Shown here: in pieces, positions 53,303 to 61,816 of the stretch | How positions within the stretch are numbered: position 1 is the stretch's first letter | Layout of the letters: each line of letters starts with the position of its first letter | Assembly (NCBI GenBank): GCA_036676985.1 | Contig: JAKFBU010000041.1 | Span: 128,001-192,000, forward strand | From: Candidatus Sericytochromatia bacterium | Lineage (GTDB): Bacteria > Cyanobacteriota > Sericytochromatia > S15B-MN24 > UBA4093 | Reading direction: 5' to 3' | DNA length: 64,000 bases | Translations under genes and position numbers: made by a program | The notes under the pieces: generated by a model | Database searches by the model: none | What the model was told of the DNA's origin: nothing | The model's input: only the letters and a program-made list of their open reading frames with translations

Positions 53303-55753
53303 CTAGCCCTCGGCCTCCATCTGCGCGAGGACGGCCTGGGGATAGAGGTCCGACGTCTGGACGTAGGCGACGTGCGACTGGGGACGTGCGCCGAAGCGCC
53401 GCTTCTCCAGGGACGCTCCCATCCCGAACAGGACCCGCCGCTTGCCGTTGGCCACCGAACGGCGCAGGGCCTGCAGCAACGACTGTCGGTAGCTGCGATG
53501 GGACTGCACGTACCGGTAGTCCAGACCGATCACCATGGGACAGTACTGCTCGGGCCCCACGTAGGCGGCCCCCACGCCGACGGGCAAGGCCCCACCCCCT
53601 TCGAGGTAGAGCAGGATGAGCTCCCAGCCCGGGTGTTGCAGCATGCGCTCGAAGAGGTTCTCGGGCAGGTCGAAGGTGTTGAGATCGAGGTTGGTGGCTT
53701 TCACGTTGCGGTAGAGGGCGTAGAGGTGGTCGAGGAGCTCGCGACTGGGCGCGGGGTCCCCATGCCGCAGGACCTCCACCCGGTAGGCGGACTCCCAGCC
53801 GAGGACCTCGCGTCGCTGGTGGTAGCGTGCCTTGGGTGAGAGAGCCTGCAGGAAGCCCTCGTCGTCCTGCCAGGTGCGCTCGATGGCGAGGCTATCCGGC
53901 ATGGCCGCCCCGACGAACCCCCTGCCGCGCAAGAACGCGTCCAGCTCGGCATCGCCCGCGGGCAGGTCCCGGAGGACCAGGGTCTTGATCCCTGCCTGCT
54001 CCTGGGACTCCTCGACGGCCTCGAGGAGGAGGCGCATGGCCTCCTGCCAGTCCCTGGTCCGATCCAGGTAGAGGTGGTTCCCCTCGGTCAAGAGCGAGCC
54101 CATGGCGAGGCAGCGCGACGTGAGGAACGCCGGGTCCGCCTGACGGCGCTCCTCGACCTGCCGGGAGACGCGGGCGCTCGCGAGCATGTCGTCCTTCCAC
54201 AGGGCCTCGGTGAAGAAGGTGGCGAGCACCGGAGTGCCGTCCACGTCCCGCACGGTGTAGTAGTGGAACTGCCAGTTGTTGGCCTCCTGGGGCTGGTCCC
54301 GGAAGGTCTCCTCCAGGAAGCGCAGCCCCTCCCAGGTGAACGTGCCCCGCTGGCCCAGGAGGGCGTCCCACTCGGCCCTAGAAACGTCCTGGATGGTCGT
54401 CGCATGCGCGAGGCGGAGCCCGGAACGGGCCTGGCGCACCGTCAGCTCGAGGCCCTGCACGCCCAGCGCCCGCGCCGAGCTGGGTGCAGCCGGACGGGAG
54501 GCCAGGTCGAAGGCGCGGTGGATGCTCTCCAGCGAGCTGCCCTCCTCGGCGAGGACGGCGGGCAGGTGATAGGCGATCGCCTCGACCAGCCTCCGCACGT
54601 CGTCTAGCGTCTGGTGCAGCGTGAGCGTGAAGCGCACGCCCGCCCGCTTCATGGGAACGGCGGGAAACATGGCGACGTTGGTGAAGAAGCCCGCCTCCAT
54701 GAGGCGCTCGACCATCCGGAAGGCGACCTTGGGCTGGCCCATGCCGATGAAGCGGATGGGGGCCTCGGAGTTCGAGACCAGGGGCAGGTCGAACTCGGCA
54801 AGCAGGCGGTTGCACTCGCGCATGCGCTCCTGCAGGCGCACTTGCAGCGCCGTCAGCTCGTCCGTGAGGTGGAGGCGTGCGGAGGCGATCGCCGCCCCCA
54901 GAGACGGCGGCTGGATGGGCCCCGAAAAGATCATGGGGCCCCCGCACGTCTTGACCCGACGTCGCAGCTCGGCGTCCGGGAAGACCAGCACGCCGCCGCC
55001 CACCCCGAAGGCCTTGGCGAGCGAGGTGGCGACCACCATGCGGGGGTGGTGCGGCAGGGCCTCCAGGACGAAGCCTCTGCCGCGTCGGCCATGCCAGGAC
55101 ATGCCGTGGGCGTCGTCGACGTAGAGGTGGAAGCGCTCGTTTTCCGTCAGGAGGCGCGCCAGCTCCCCCATGGGGGCCGTATCGCCGTACATGCTGTAGA
55201 GGCCGTCCGCCAGGTACCAGACCTTGCGACGGGTCCTGCTCAGCTCTTCCACGCGCTCGGCGAGCAGGTCCATGCGGTTGTGGCGCAAGAGCTCCACGTG
55301 AGCCTTGGGGCCGCGCACCAGCTTCAGGGCGGTCTGAACGCTGCTGTGGACCTGCTGGTCGAAGATCACGGCGTCCTCATCCGGGTCGATGAGCACGGGC
55401 AGGGCCGAGATGTGCGCGAGCGACGTGGTGGGCGCGAGCACCACCGGAGCGCCGAAGAGGCGCTCGAACAGGCCCTCGAGCTCCGCATAGGCGGGCGACG
55501 ACATGTAGGCCCGCGACGAGGAGAACTGGGTGCCGTAGCGCTGCACGGCGTCGATGGCCCCCGCCTTGAGGCGGGGGTCCAGCTCCAGGCCCAGGTAGCT
55601 GCAGGAGCCGAAGTTGAGGAGCTCGCGGCCCCCGACCGTCACGATACGACCATTCAGGACCTCGTCCTCGGCCGTATGGTGCATGAGGCCCCGGTGCACC
55701 GCCTCGGTGATCATGGAATCCAGCGTGTCGAGATGGTCCGTCGTCTTCGGCAT
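53303..55753 (-). CDS. Alpha-oxoamine synthase-like PLP enzyme fused to a GNAT/FemAB-like domain
   Basis: NFGSCSYLGL, DGLYSMYGD, DDAHG, TSLAKAFGVGGG; C-terminal region ending LFGMGASLEKRRFGA. Confidence 0.85.
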   Translation of the reverse strand: MPKTTDHLDTLDSMITEAVHRGLMHHTAEDEVLNGRIVTVGGRELLNFGSCSYLGLELDPRLKAGAIDAVQRYGTQFSSSRAYMSSPAYAELEGLFERLFGAPVVLAPTTSLAHISALPVLIDPDEDAVIFDQQVHSSVQTALKLVRGPKAHVELLRHNRMDLLAERVEELSRTRRKVWYLADGLYSMYGDTAPMGELARLLTENERFHLYVDDAHGMSWHGRRGRGFVLEALPHHPRMVVATSLAKAFGVGGGVLVFPDAELRRRVKTCGGPMIFSGPIQPPSLGAAIASARLHLTDELTALQVRLQERMRECNRLLAEFDLPLVSNSEAPIRFIGMGQPKVAFRMVERLMEAGFFTNVAMFPAVPMKRAGVRFTLTLHQTLDDVRRLVEAIAYHLPAVLAEEGSSLESIHRAFDLASRPAAPSSARALGVQGLELTVRQARSGLRLAHATTIQDVSRAEWDALLGQRGTFTWEGLRFLEETFRDQPQEANNWQFHYYTVRDVDGTPVLATFFTEALWKDDMLASARVSRQVEERRQADPAFLTSRCLAMGSLLTEGNHLYLDRTRDWQEAMRLLLEAVEESQEQAGIKTLVLRDLPAGDAELDAFLRGRGFVGAAMPDSLAIERTWQDDEGFLQALSPKARYHQRREVLGWESAYRVEVLRHGDPAPSRELLDHLYALYRNVKATNLDLNTFDLPENLFERMLQHPGWELILLYLEGGGALPVGVGAAYVGPEQYCPMVIGLDYRYVQSHRSYRQSLLQALRRSVANGKRRVLFGMGASLEKRRFGARPQSHVAYVQTSDLYPQAVLAQMEAEG

Positions 55754-55966
55754 GCAGCACCTCCTCACCAATCCCTGACCTGACGCTCAGTCGCAAGCGC
55801 AGACAAGCTAGGGATCTATACCCTCGGCAGGTCATATGACGGAAACCCGGACGGTGACACGCATGTGAGAAGCCTCACATCCTTAAACGCTTGTAATATT
55901 TCCGCAAACAACCTGTGATAAACTCGTGTTCGTTTCGATAGCAAGCAATGGTTTCGGGTCGGTATA

Positions 55967-57349
55967 GTGACGGTCCAACTCATCGCCAACCTCTTCAACG
56001 TCACGGGCATCGGGCTCATCCTCCTCGTGTCCCTGATCGTCCTGAAGAACGCGCCCAGCCCGTTTTTCCGGGCGTGGGTCGCGGCCTACACCGCGGGCTT
56101 CCTCATGCTCGTGGGCGATTCCGTGTCGCAGCCGCTCGGGCGCCCGGCCGTCCTCACGCTCTTCGAGATCGGCTGCGCCTTCACCAATGCGTGGTTCCTC
56201 TACGAGACGGGGCGCCGCCTACAGGAAAAGCCGTCCGATCGACGGATCCTGACCTGGGTCATCCTGCCGTTGGCGGGCGTGAGCACCGTCATGGTGGCCC
56301 TGGGCCAGCATTACAACACCACGTTCATCCCGCCCGGCATCGCGCTCGCCGTCAGCTTCGTCTGGCTCGGCAGCGTGCTCTTGAGACGCTCCCACGAGCA
56401 GGCCCCACAGGTCCGGTGGCTCGCGCTCCCGCTCATCGCCACGGGCCTCTTGCCGCTCGTCTACCCGCTCATCGCGGCCTCGCCCGTCGAGTGGCTCAGC
56501 TACTGGCTGGGCGGCGTCCTCAACCTGACCACCGGCATGGGCATGGTCGTCTACCTGCTGCAAGAGGCCGCCAGCCAGCTCCGGCACCAGAACGAGAAGC
56601 TGGTCCAGCTGGACCAGCTCAAGCGCAACTTCATCAGCACCGTCAGCCACGAGCTGCGCACGCCGCTCACGAGCGTGATGGGGTACCTGGAGTTCCTCGA
56701 AGACCGGATCGGCGGCCCCCTGACCTCGGAGCAGGCCGAGTTCGTCGAGCGCATGAAGGAGGGCTCCAGCCAGCTGGCCGACCTCATCGACACGCTCCTG
56801 GACAGCCACCAGCTGGAGTCCGGCGCCCTCAAGGTCAAGCACGAAGAGGTGGACCTGCCCCAGACGCTCGAACAGGCGCTCATCACCCTGCGATCGCTCG
56901 TCGACAAGAAGCATCTGAACCTCGAGGTCGGGCTCGAGCCGTCGCGCCTGATGGTCTGGGCGGATGCGCGGCGGGTGGTCCAAGTCCTCAACAACCTGAT
57001 CGGCAACGCCGTGAAGTTCACCGAGCAGGGAGGGACCATCCGCATCGAGGGCCGACTGGAGGGCGACCATGTCCGGTTGGCCGTGCGGGACTCGGGGATC
57101 GGCATCCCCGCCGGACAGCTCGCCCAGATCTTCGACCCCTTCTTCCAGGTCGACGGAGGGCTCATCCGAAAGCACGGCGGCTCGGGCCTCGGCCTGTCCA
57201 TCGTCCGCGACATGGTGCGGGCCATGGGCGGGCAGGTCGGCGTGGAGAGCGAGCAAGGCAAAGGGAGCGTGTTCTGGTTCACGCTCCCCGTTGCGGTGAT
57301 GCCGTTTATCGAGGAGCCCGAGGCTCCGGTGCTGCGCTCGAACGACTAA
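55967..57349 (+). CDS. Membrane sensor histidine kinase (about 7 TM)
   Basis: SHELRTPL, QVLNNLIGNAVKFT, DSGIGI, FFQVD, GSGLGL. Confidence 0.95.
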   Translation: MTVQLIANLFNVTGIGLILLVSLIVLKNAPSPFFRAWVAAYTAGFLMLVGDSVSQPLGRPAVLTLFEIGCAFTNAWFLYETGRRLQEKPSDRRILTWVILPLAGVSTVMVALGQHYNTTFIPPGIALAVSFVWLGSVLLRRSHEQAPQVRWLALPLIATGLLPLVYPLIAASPVEWLSYWLGGVLNLTTGMGMVVYLLQEAASQLRHQNEKLVQLDQLKRNFISTVSHELRTPLTSVMGYLEFLEDRIGGPLTSEQAEFVERMKEGSSQLADLIDTLLDSHQLESGALKVKHEEVDLPQTLEQALITLRSLVDKKHLNLEVGLEPSRLMVWADARRVVQVLNNLIGNAVKFTEQGGTIRIEGRLEGDHVRLAVRDSGIGIPAGQLAQIFDPFFQVDGGLIRKHGGSGLGLSIVRDMVRAMGGQVGVESEQGKGSVFWFTLPVAVMPFIEEPEAPVLRSND

Positions 57350-59349
57350 GCGGTGGCCGTCCCGGCGCTCGTACCGCCGTTCGCCAGATCCTCCACCCAG
57401 TCTCCGAGGTCGCTGAGCGACCACGCGGGGGCGGTGGGCATGGCGGCCTCCGCGGCCGGCTTCTGGCTCCCGCCGCCGCCCCCGAAGAGGCCGCCGAAGA
57501 AGTCGCCGATGCCCTTGACGGCGTCGCCGATGCCGTTGGCCACGGCCCCGACAGCACCCGCCACCCCGCTGATGACGTCGTCCACGAAGGGCGGCACGCC
57601 GATGATGATGCCGCCGCCGACCTCGGCGCCGATGCCCAAGGCCGCGCCGATGCCGCCGCCAATCCGGAGCTGGCCGTCCTTGTAGGAGAGCCAGCCGGTG
57701 GCCTCGGCCTCGACCCCCGCCTGAGCGGAGGCATAGCCCTCCACGCCGAACGTGAAGCCGAAGATGTTGACGGTCGCCTCACCGTGAGCCTGCGCCTCGG
57801 CCGAAGCACTCGCCCGCGCATCGAAGCCCAGGTCGAGCTCGAAGTTGCCCTCTTCGTCGAAGCCGGCGTTCAGGCGGCCAGAGGCCTCGGCGGCCACCTC
57901 GGCCCGGGCCTCGGCGTCGCCGTGCAGCGTCTCGGAGACCAACCCGCCGAACAGGCTCGTCGAGAGGTCCGCACTCGCGTTGGCCTCCGCGCGCACCGCA
58001 GCCCCCACGTGCCCCTCGGCGTGCACCCCGCTGCCGTCGACCCGCAAGGACCCCGAGGCCTCGGCCCGGGCCTCGACGCTCGCGTCCACGTGGCCGTCGA
58101 AGGTGGTTTGGGAGATGCCGGTGTTGAACTCGGCATGGGCGTTGGCCTCGACGCCGGCCTCGATGCCGACGCCCACCCGGCCCTCGGCATTCAGGCCGTT
58201 CTCGTCGAGGCTGGCGCTGCCCGAGGCGTACGCCCCGCCGCCGTAGTGCGCGCTGGCGTCGCCCGACGCGGCATAACTGGCGCCTCCCGGCACCCCGGGG
58301 ATGCTGCCGCTCACCGAGCCCGAGGTGCTCGCAGAGCCGCCGAAGGTCGTGGCGGCCTCGCCCGCGACCGAGCCCCACGGGAGGCCCCAGGTCGAGCCCG
58401 GTTGGGCCCCGGCGCTCGAGCCAGGAGCCACTCCGGACGAGCCGCCCGGCGTCACGCTGCCGCCGGTCGTGGCGGTCGGGGGGAGCGGGTCGGGCCTGAC
58501 GGTCTCGGGATTGGCCGCCCAGTTATCCACCGAGCCCGAGGTGAAAGAGCCGATGGTCCCGTCGGCAGCCGGCGGCGCGTAGGTCCCGCCCGCGTTCTGC
58601 ATGCCCGGAGGCAAGGCGTTCTGGGCCGCGGCGTTGACGGATTGGCCCGTGGGGTTGGGAGCGCTCGCCGCGATGCCCACGGCGTAGAGCATGGAGTTGA
58701 GGTGACCGGCCGTCTCGCCGGGCGCCACTTCCAGGATCAGGTCCCTGTACTTGCCGAGCGTCTCGGCGAGGTTCTTGAGGCCCGAGGCGCCGAGCTGGGC
58801 TGCCGTCAGGGGGTTCAGCGAGCCCTGGGTCAACAGTTCGCTCGCGCCCTGCCGCAAAAGGGCGTTCTCGGGACCGGGGAAAATGACGCCTACCAGCTGA
58901 TCGACGAGGGCCTGGCCAGCCTTCGCCTGGTTTTCGGGAGTCTTGAGGAGGTCCTCCAGGCTCTTGGCCTGGTTGAGCCACGAGAGGGCGCCCGCGCCCT
59001 GGATCTGGCCGACGGCCTGGAAGCCCAGGAGCATGGGCGCAAACGCGATGCCCGCTTGTTTCAGGTGGTCGACGGTGACGCCCTTGGCGAGCATCGACTG
59101 GTAGCTCTTCTGGGTCAAGCCACCGGTCATGATGTCGAACATCGCCTGGACGGGCGGGCTCATGGACCCGAACATGGCGACCAGGGCGTTGGTGAGGTTG
59201 CGCGTGCCTTTCTCGGCCTCGGTCTCGACGGCCGGGCGCACGGTGGCCGTCGCCGTCGTGGCGGGGGCCTCGCCGGCCGGGGGCGTGATCGACGTCGGGT
59301 TGAGGGGGGCCGTTCCCCGGATGGCCGGTGAGTTGCCGTTGATCTGCAT
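57346..59349 (-). CDS. Hypothetical Gly/Ala-rich protein
   Basis: GGAGG RBS; 667 aa with repeated A.A.A.G beta-strand motifs in the C-terminal half. Confidence 0.7.
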   Translation of the reverse strand: MQINGNSPAIRGTAPLNPTSITPPAGEAPATTATATVRPAVETEAEKGTRNLTNALVAMFGSMSPPVQAMFDIMTGGLTQKSYQSMLAKGVTVDHLKQAGIAFAPMLLGFQAVGQIQGAGALSWLNQAKSLEDLLKTPENQAKAGQALVDQLVGVIFPGPENALLRQGASELLTQGSLNPLTAAQLGASGLKNLAETLGKYRDLILEVAPGETAGHLNSMLYAVGIAASAPNPTGQSVNAAAQNALPPGMQNAGGTYAPPAADGTIGSFTSGSVDNWAANPETVRPDPLPPTATTGGSVTPGGSSGVAPGSSAGAQPGSTWGLPWGSVAGEAATTFGGSASTSGSVSGSIPGVPGGASYAASGDASAHYGGGAYASGSASLDENGLNAEGRVGVGIEAGVEANAHAEFNTGISQTTFDGHVDASVEARAEASGSLRVDGSGVHAEGHVGAAVRAEANASADLSTSLFGGLVSETLHGDAEARAEVAAEASGRLNAGFDEEGNFELDLGFDARASASAEAQAHGEATVNIFGFTFGVEGYASAQAGVEAEATGWLSYKDGQLRIGGGIGAALGIGAEVGGGIIIGVPPFVDDVISGVAGAVGAVANGIGDAVKGIGDFFGGLFGGGGGSQKPAAEAAMPTAPAWSLSDLGDWVEDLANGGTSAGTATA

Positions 59350-59445
59350 GCCTACTCCTCCCTCGCTCTACCGGATCGCATGTCACGACCGGACGGGCGC
59401 CCCTTGCCACATTTGATGGAAGCTAAGCGATTCTAGAATATGGTC

Positions 59446-60117
59446 TTAATGTTGCACGCGAGCTCCGGCGAGCTCGGCGTTCAGCGCCTCGAGGGCGGGT
59501 GTGACGGACTGACCGAAGACTGCCTGGGCCTTGGCCAGGACTCGCCCCATGGCCTCCCGGTTGTGAGGGGGCACCACGGCCAGGATCAAGGACCGTTCGG
59601 CGTTCACGAGGCGCTGGATCTCGCGCAGGTCCTGGCCCTTGAGCGCCTTGTAGGTCTCGGGCGTCAACTGGCCGTTGAGCAGGAGTTCGGAGAGGGCTCT
59701 GCGGCGCGGGGCGTAGGTGTCCAGGCCGCGGGCCTTGGGGATGAGCTCCCGCACCGTCTCACGCACGGTGGCGATCGCCGCAGCCTGATCCAGGACCGCC
59801 GAGGGCTGCAGGCCCTCGAGGGCGCTCACGCGGCTCGCGACGTAGGCGGCGGCGTTCAGCAGGACCCGATCCGAACGGTTCGGCAAGCGGTGGGCAAGCT
59901 CCGAGAGGCGTTTGGTCAGGGCCTGAAGGTCGACGAGGGTCTTGCCGGCGGCCTGCAACGCGCGCACCGTGGCCGGCTGCAGACAGGAGCGGGTGGCGAG
60001 CTCGAAGGCCGCCGAACCGAAGGAGCCCGGGAGGACGCCCTCCCCCTGCAGGATCTCCCGGAGGGCGGTTTGCCCCTCGGCCGAAAGTCCCGACCCCTGC
60101 GCCATGTTCTGAGTCAT
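59446..60117 (-). CDS. Hypothetical helical protein
   Basis: AGGAGG RBS before ATG 60117; coding-like bias. Confidence 0.65.
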   Translation of the reverse strand: MTQNMAQGSGLSAEGQTALREILQGEGVLPGSFGSAAFELATRSCLQPATVRALQAAGKTLVDLQALTKRLSELAHRLPNRSDRVLLNAAAYVASRVSALEGLQPSAVLDQAAAIATVRETVRELIPKARGLDTYAPRRRALSELLLNGQLTPETYKALKGQDLREIQRLVNAERSLILAVVPPHNREAMGRVLAKAQAVFGQSVTPALEALNAELAGARVQH

Positions 60118-60179
60118 GCGCCCTCCTAGAAAATGTTCCCCCACGATCTTGTACCCATGCCACGCGAGGCCTATGCAAG

Positions 60180-60213
60180 CCGAAGAGGGCCCGCTGGCGC
60201 GGGCCCTCTTCGG
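60180..60213 (-). terminator. Strong hairpin after the 60234-61637 gene
   Basis: CCGAAGAGGGCCCGC / GCGGGCCCTCTTCGG stem. Confidence 0.6.
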
Positions 60214-60233
60214 AGGGGGTGGGAGGAGGGAAG

Positions 60234-61637
60234 TTAGTCGTTGACGGCGCTGTTGAGCAGCATCGGCAGCTCGCTCGCGACCCGACGGATGGTCTCGACG
60301 TTGTAGTCGACGTCCTCCTGGGTGTCGGGGTAGCGCAGCCCGGGCACCGGGATCGAGCCCAGGTAGCTCTCGGGGTCGCCCATGTAGCTGGCCTGCCAGC
60401 CGAGGTTCGCCACCTTCTGGGTGAGGACGGAGTTGGCCATGCGGTTGAACTCGGCGGTCGACATGTCTGGGTTCTGGTGCCACCGCTCGGCGATCTCGCG
60501 CTTGGTCGAGGACTGGTTGTAGATGTTCATCGCCGTGATCAGGTTGCGGTTGAACGAGCGGCCGCCCTGGCTGACGATCAAGTTGTTGAGGGACAGGGTG
60601 TTGGTGTCGTAGATCGAGTTGAACGAGGGCAGGTTGGACTGACGGCGGGAGATGTCCGTCTCGTTCCAGGTGCGGACCCGACTCTGGTAGGCAGCATTCT
60701 CGCTGGCCTGAAGCTCGCCCTGCTTCTGGCTGCGCAGGCCGGGCAGGAGGGGCTCGAGCTCGGAGAGCTTCGAGACGGGCTTGTAGACGTCCTTGTTCAG
60801 GTGGGCGCCGCCGTCCGGGGCCAGGTAGATGGTCTCTCCCTTGGCAAGGGCCGACTTTGCCTCATCGTGCTTGAGCTCGGGGAAGGTGGTCATGAACCCG
60901 AGGGACTTCTTCTTGGTGCGCAGGCGCTCGTAGCCCGTCAGGAGCTGGACCGCGTCGTTGGAGACCTCGCTCAGCTCGACCTTGCGGGCAGGCGCCGGAG
61001 CGGGCGGCAGGGCGATCTTGGGCAGGGGGCGCTTGTCGCTCGGCAGGATGATCGGGAACTCGGGCTGCCAGTAGTAGCGCGGCTCATGGACCGCGGGTGG
61101 CACCGGACGGCCGGGATCGATCGAAGGCGGGGTGGGGCGTCCGGTCGAGGGAGGCGTGGGGCGTCCGGTCGCAGGAGGCGTCGGGCGCTCGGTCGACGGC
61201 GGAGTGGGACGGCCCGCAAAGCGGGACTGGGCCTCGCTCGAGAGCATGATGCCGTCGCCCGAGACGGCGAGGCCGCCGCGCGTGAGGGCGCTCGAGAGCT
61301 CCTTCTTGGAAATCTTGTTGTCGAGGGCGCCGCCGGCCTGACCGTCGATCTGGGCGCGCGCCTGATCGGAGACGAACACGTCCTCCTTCGAGATCCAGGC
61401 ATCGCCGCCCGAGAGCTGGTCCGCGACGGCGTCCGCGTCGAGCTGCGACAGCTGGAACCCGTAGAGAGCGGCCTGGCCCTGGGCCATGGCATCCGAGGTC
61501 TCGCGGGTCCCGTTGAACCCGTTGCGGTTGCCGACCGAGCCGGCCACGCGGCCCTCGGTGCTCTCGATGGTGTTGTTCTTGTTGCGGTCCACCCGGCGGG
61601 CGATATCGTTCAGGATGCTGGCGTCGATGCGGCTCAT
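60234..61637 (-). CDS. Hypothetical protein with EF-hand-like loops and Pro-rich repeats
   Basis: DRNKNNTIESTE and DNKISKKE loops; four RPTPP(S/A) repeats. Confidence 0.7.
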   Translation of the reverse strand: MSRIDASILNDIARRVDRNKNNTIESTEGRVAGSVGNRNGFNGTRETSDAMAQGQAALYGFQLSQLDADAVADQLSGGDAWISKEDVFVSDQARAQIDGQAGGALDNKISKKELSSALTRGGLAVSGDGIMLSSEAQSRFAGRPTPPSTERPTPPATGRPTPPSTGRPTPPSIDPGRPVPPAVHEPRYYWQPEFPIILPSDKRPLPKIALPPAPAPARKVELSEVSNDAVQLLTGYERLRTKKKSLGFMTTFPELKHDEAKSALAKGETIYLAPDGGAHLNKDVYKPVSKLSELEPLLPGLRSQKQGELQASENAAYQSRVRTWNETDISRRQSNLPSFNSIYDTNTLSLNNLIVSQGGRSFNRNLITAMNIYNQSSTKREIAERWHQNPDMSTAEFNRMANSVLTQKVANLGWQASYMGDPESYLGSIPVPGLRYPDTQEDVDYNVETIRRVASELPMLLNSAVND

Positions 61638-61816
61638 GGTGCTCTCCCCCTCTTCACTGTCAACGAAGCGTTAACTGGCCTCCACAACAACGTTATCGTT
61701 TATGAAGGCCGGCTCTTTCTTATGGCGACGTTAAGCCTCCAGTAAGAAATGGCTTTACAGTTCCGGCCTCCGCAGCCGAAACAGTAACTAGACGTCCGGC
61801 GTCGCCGAGGAACCCG

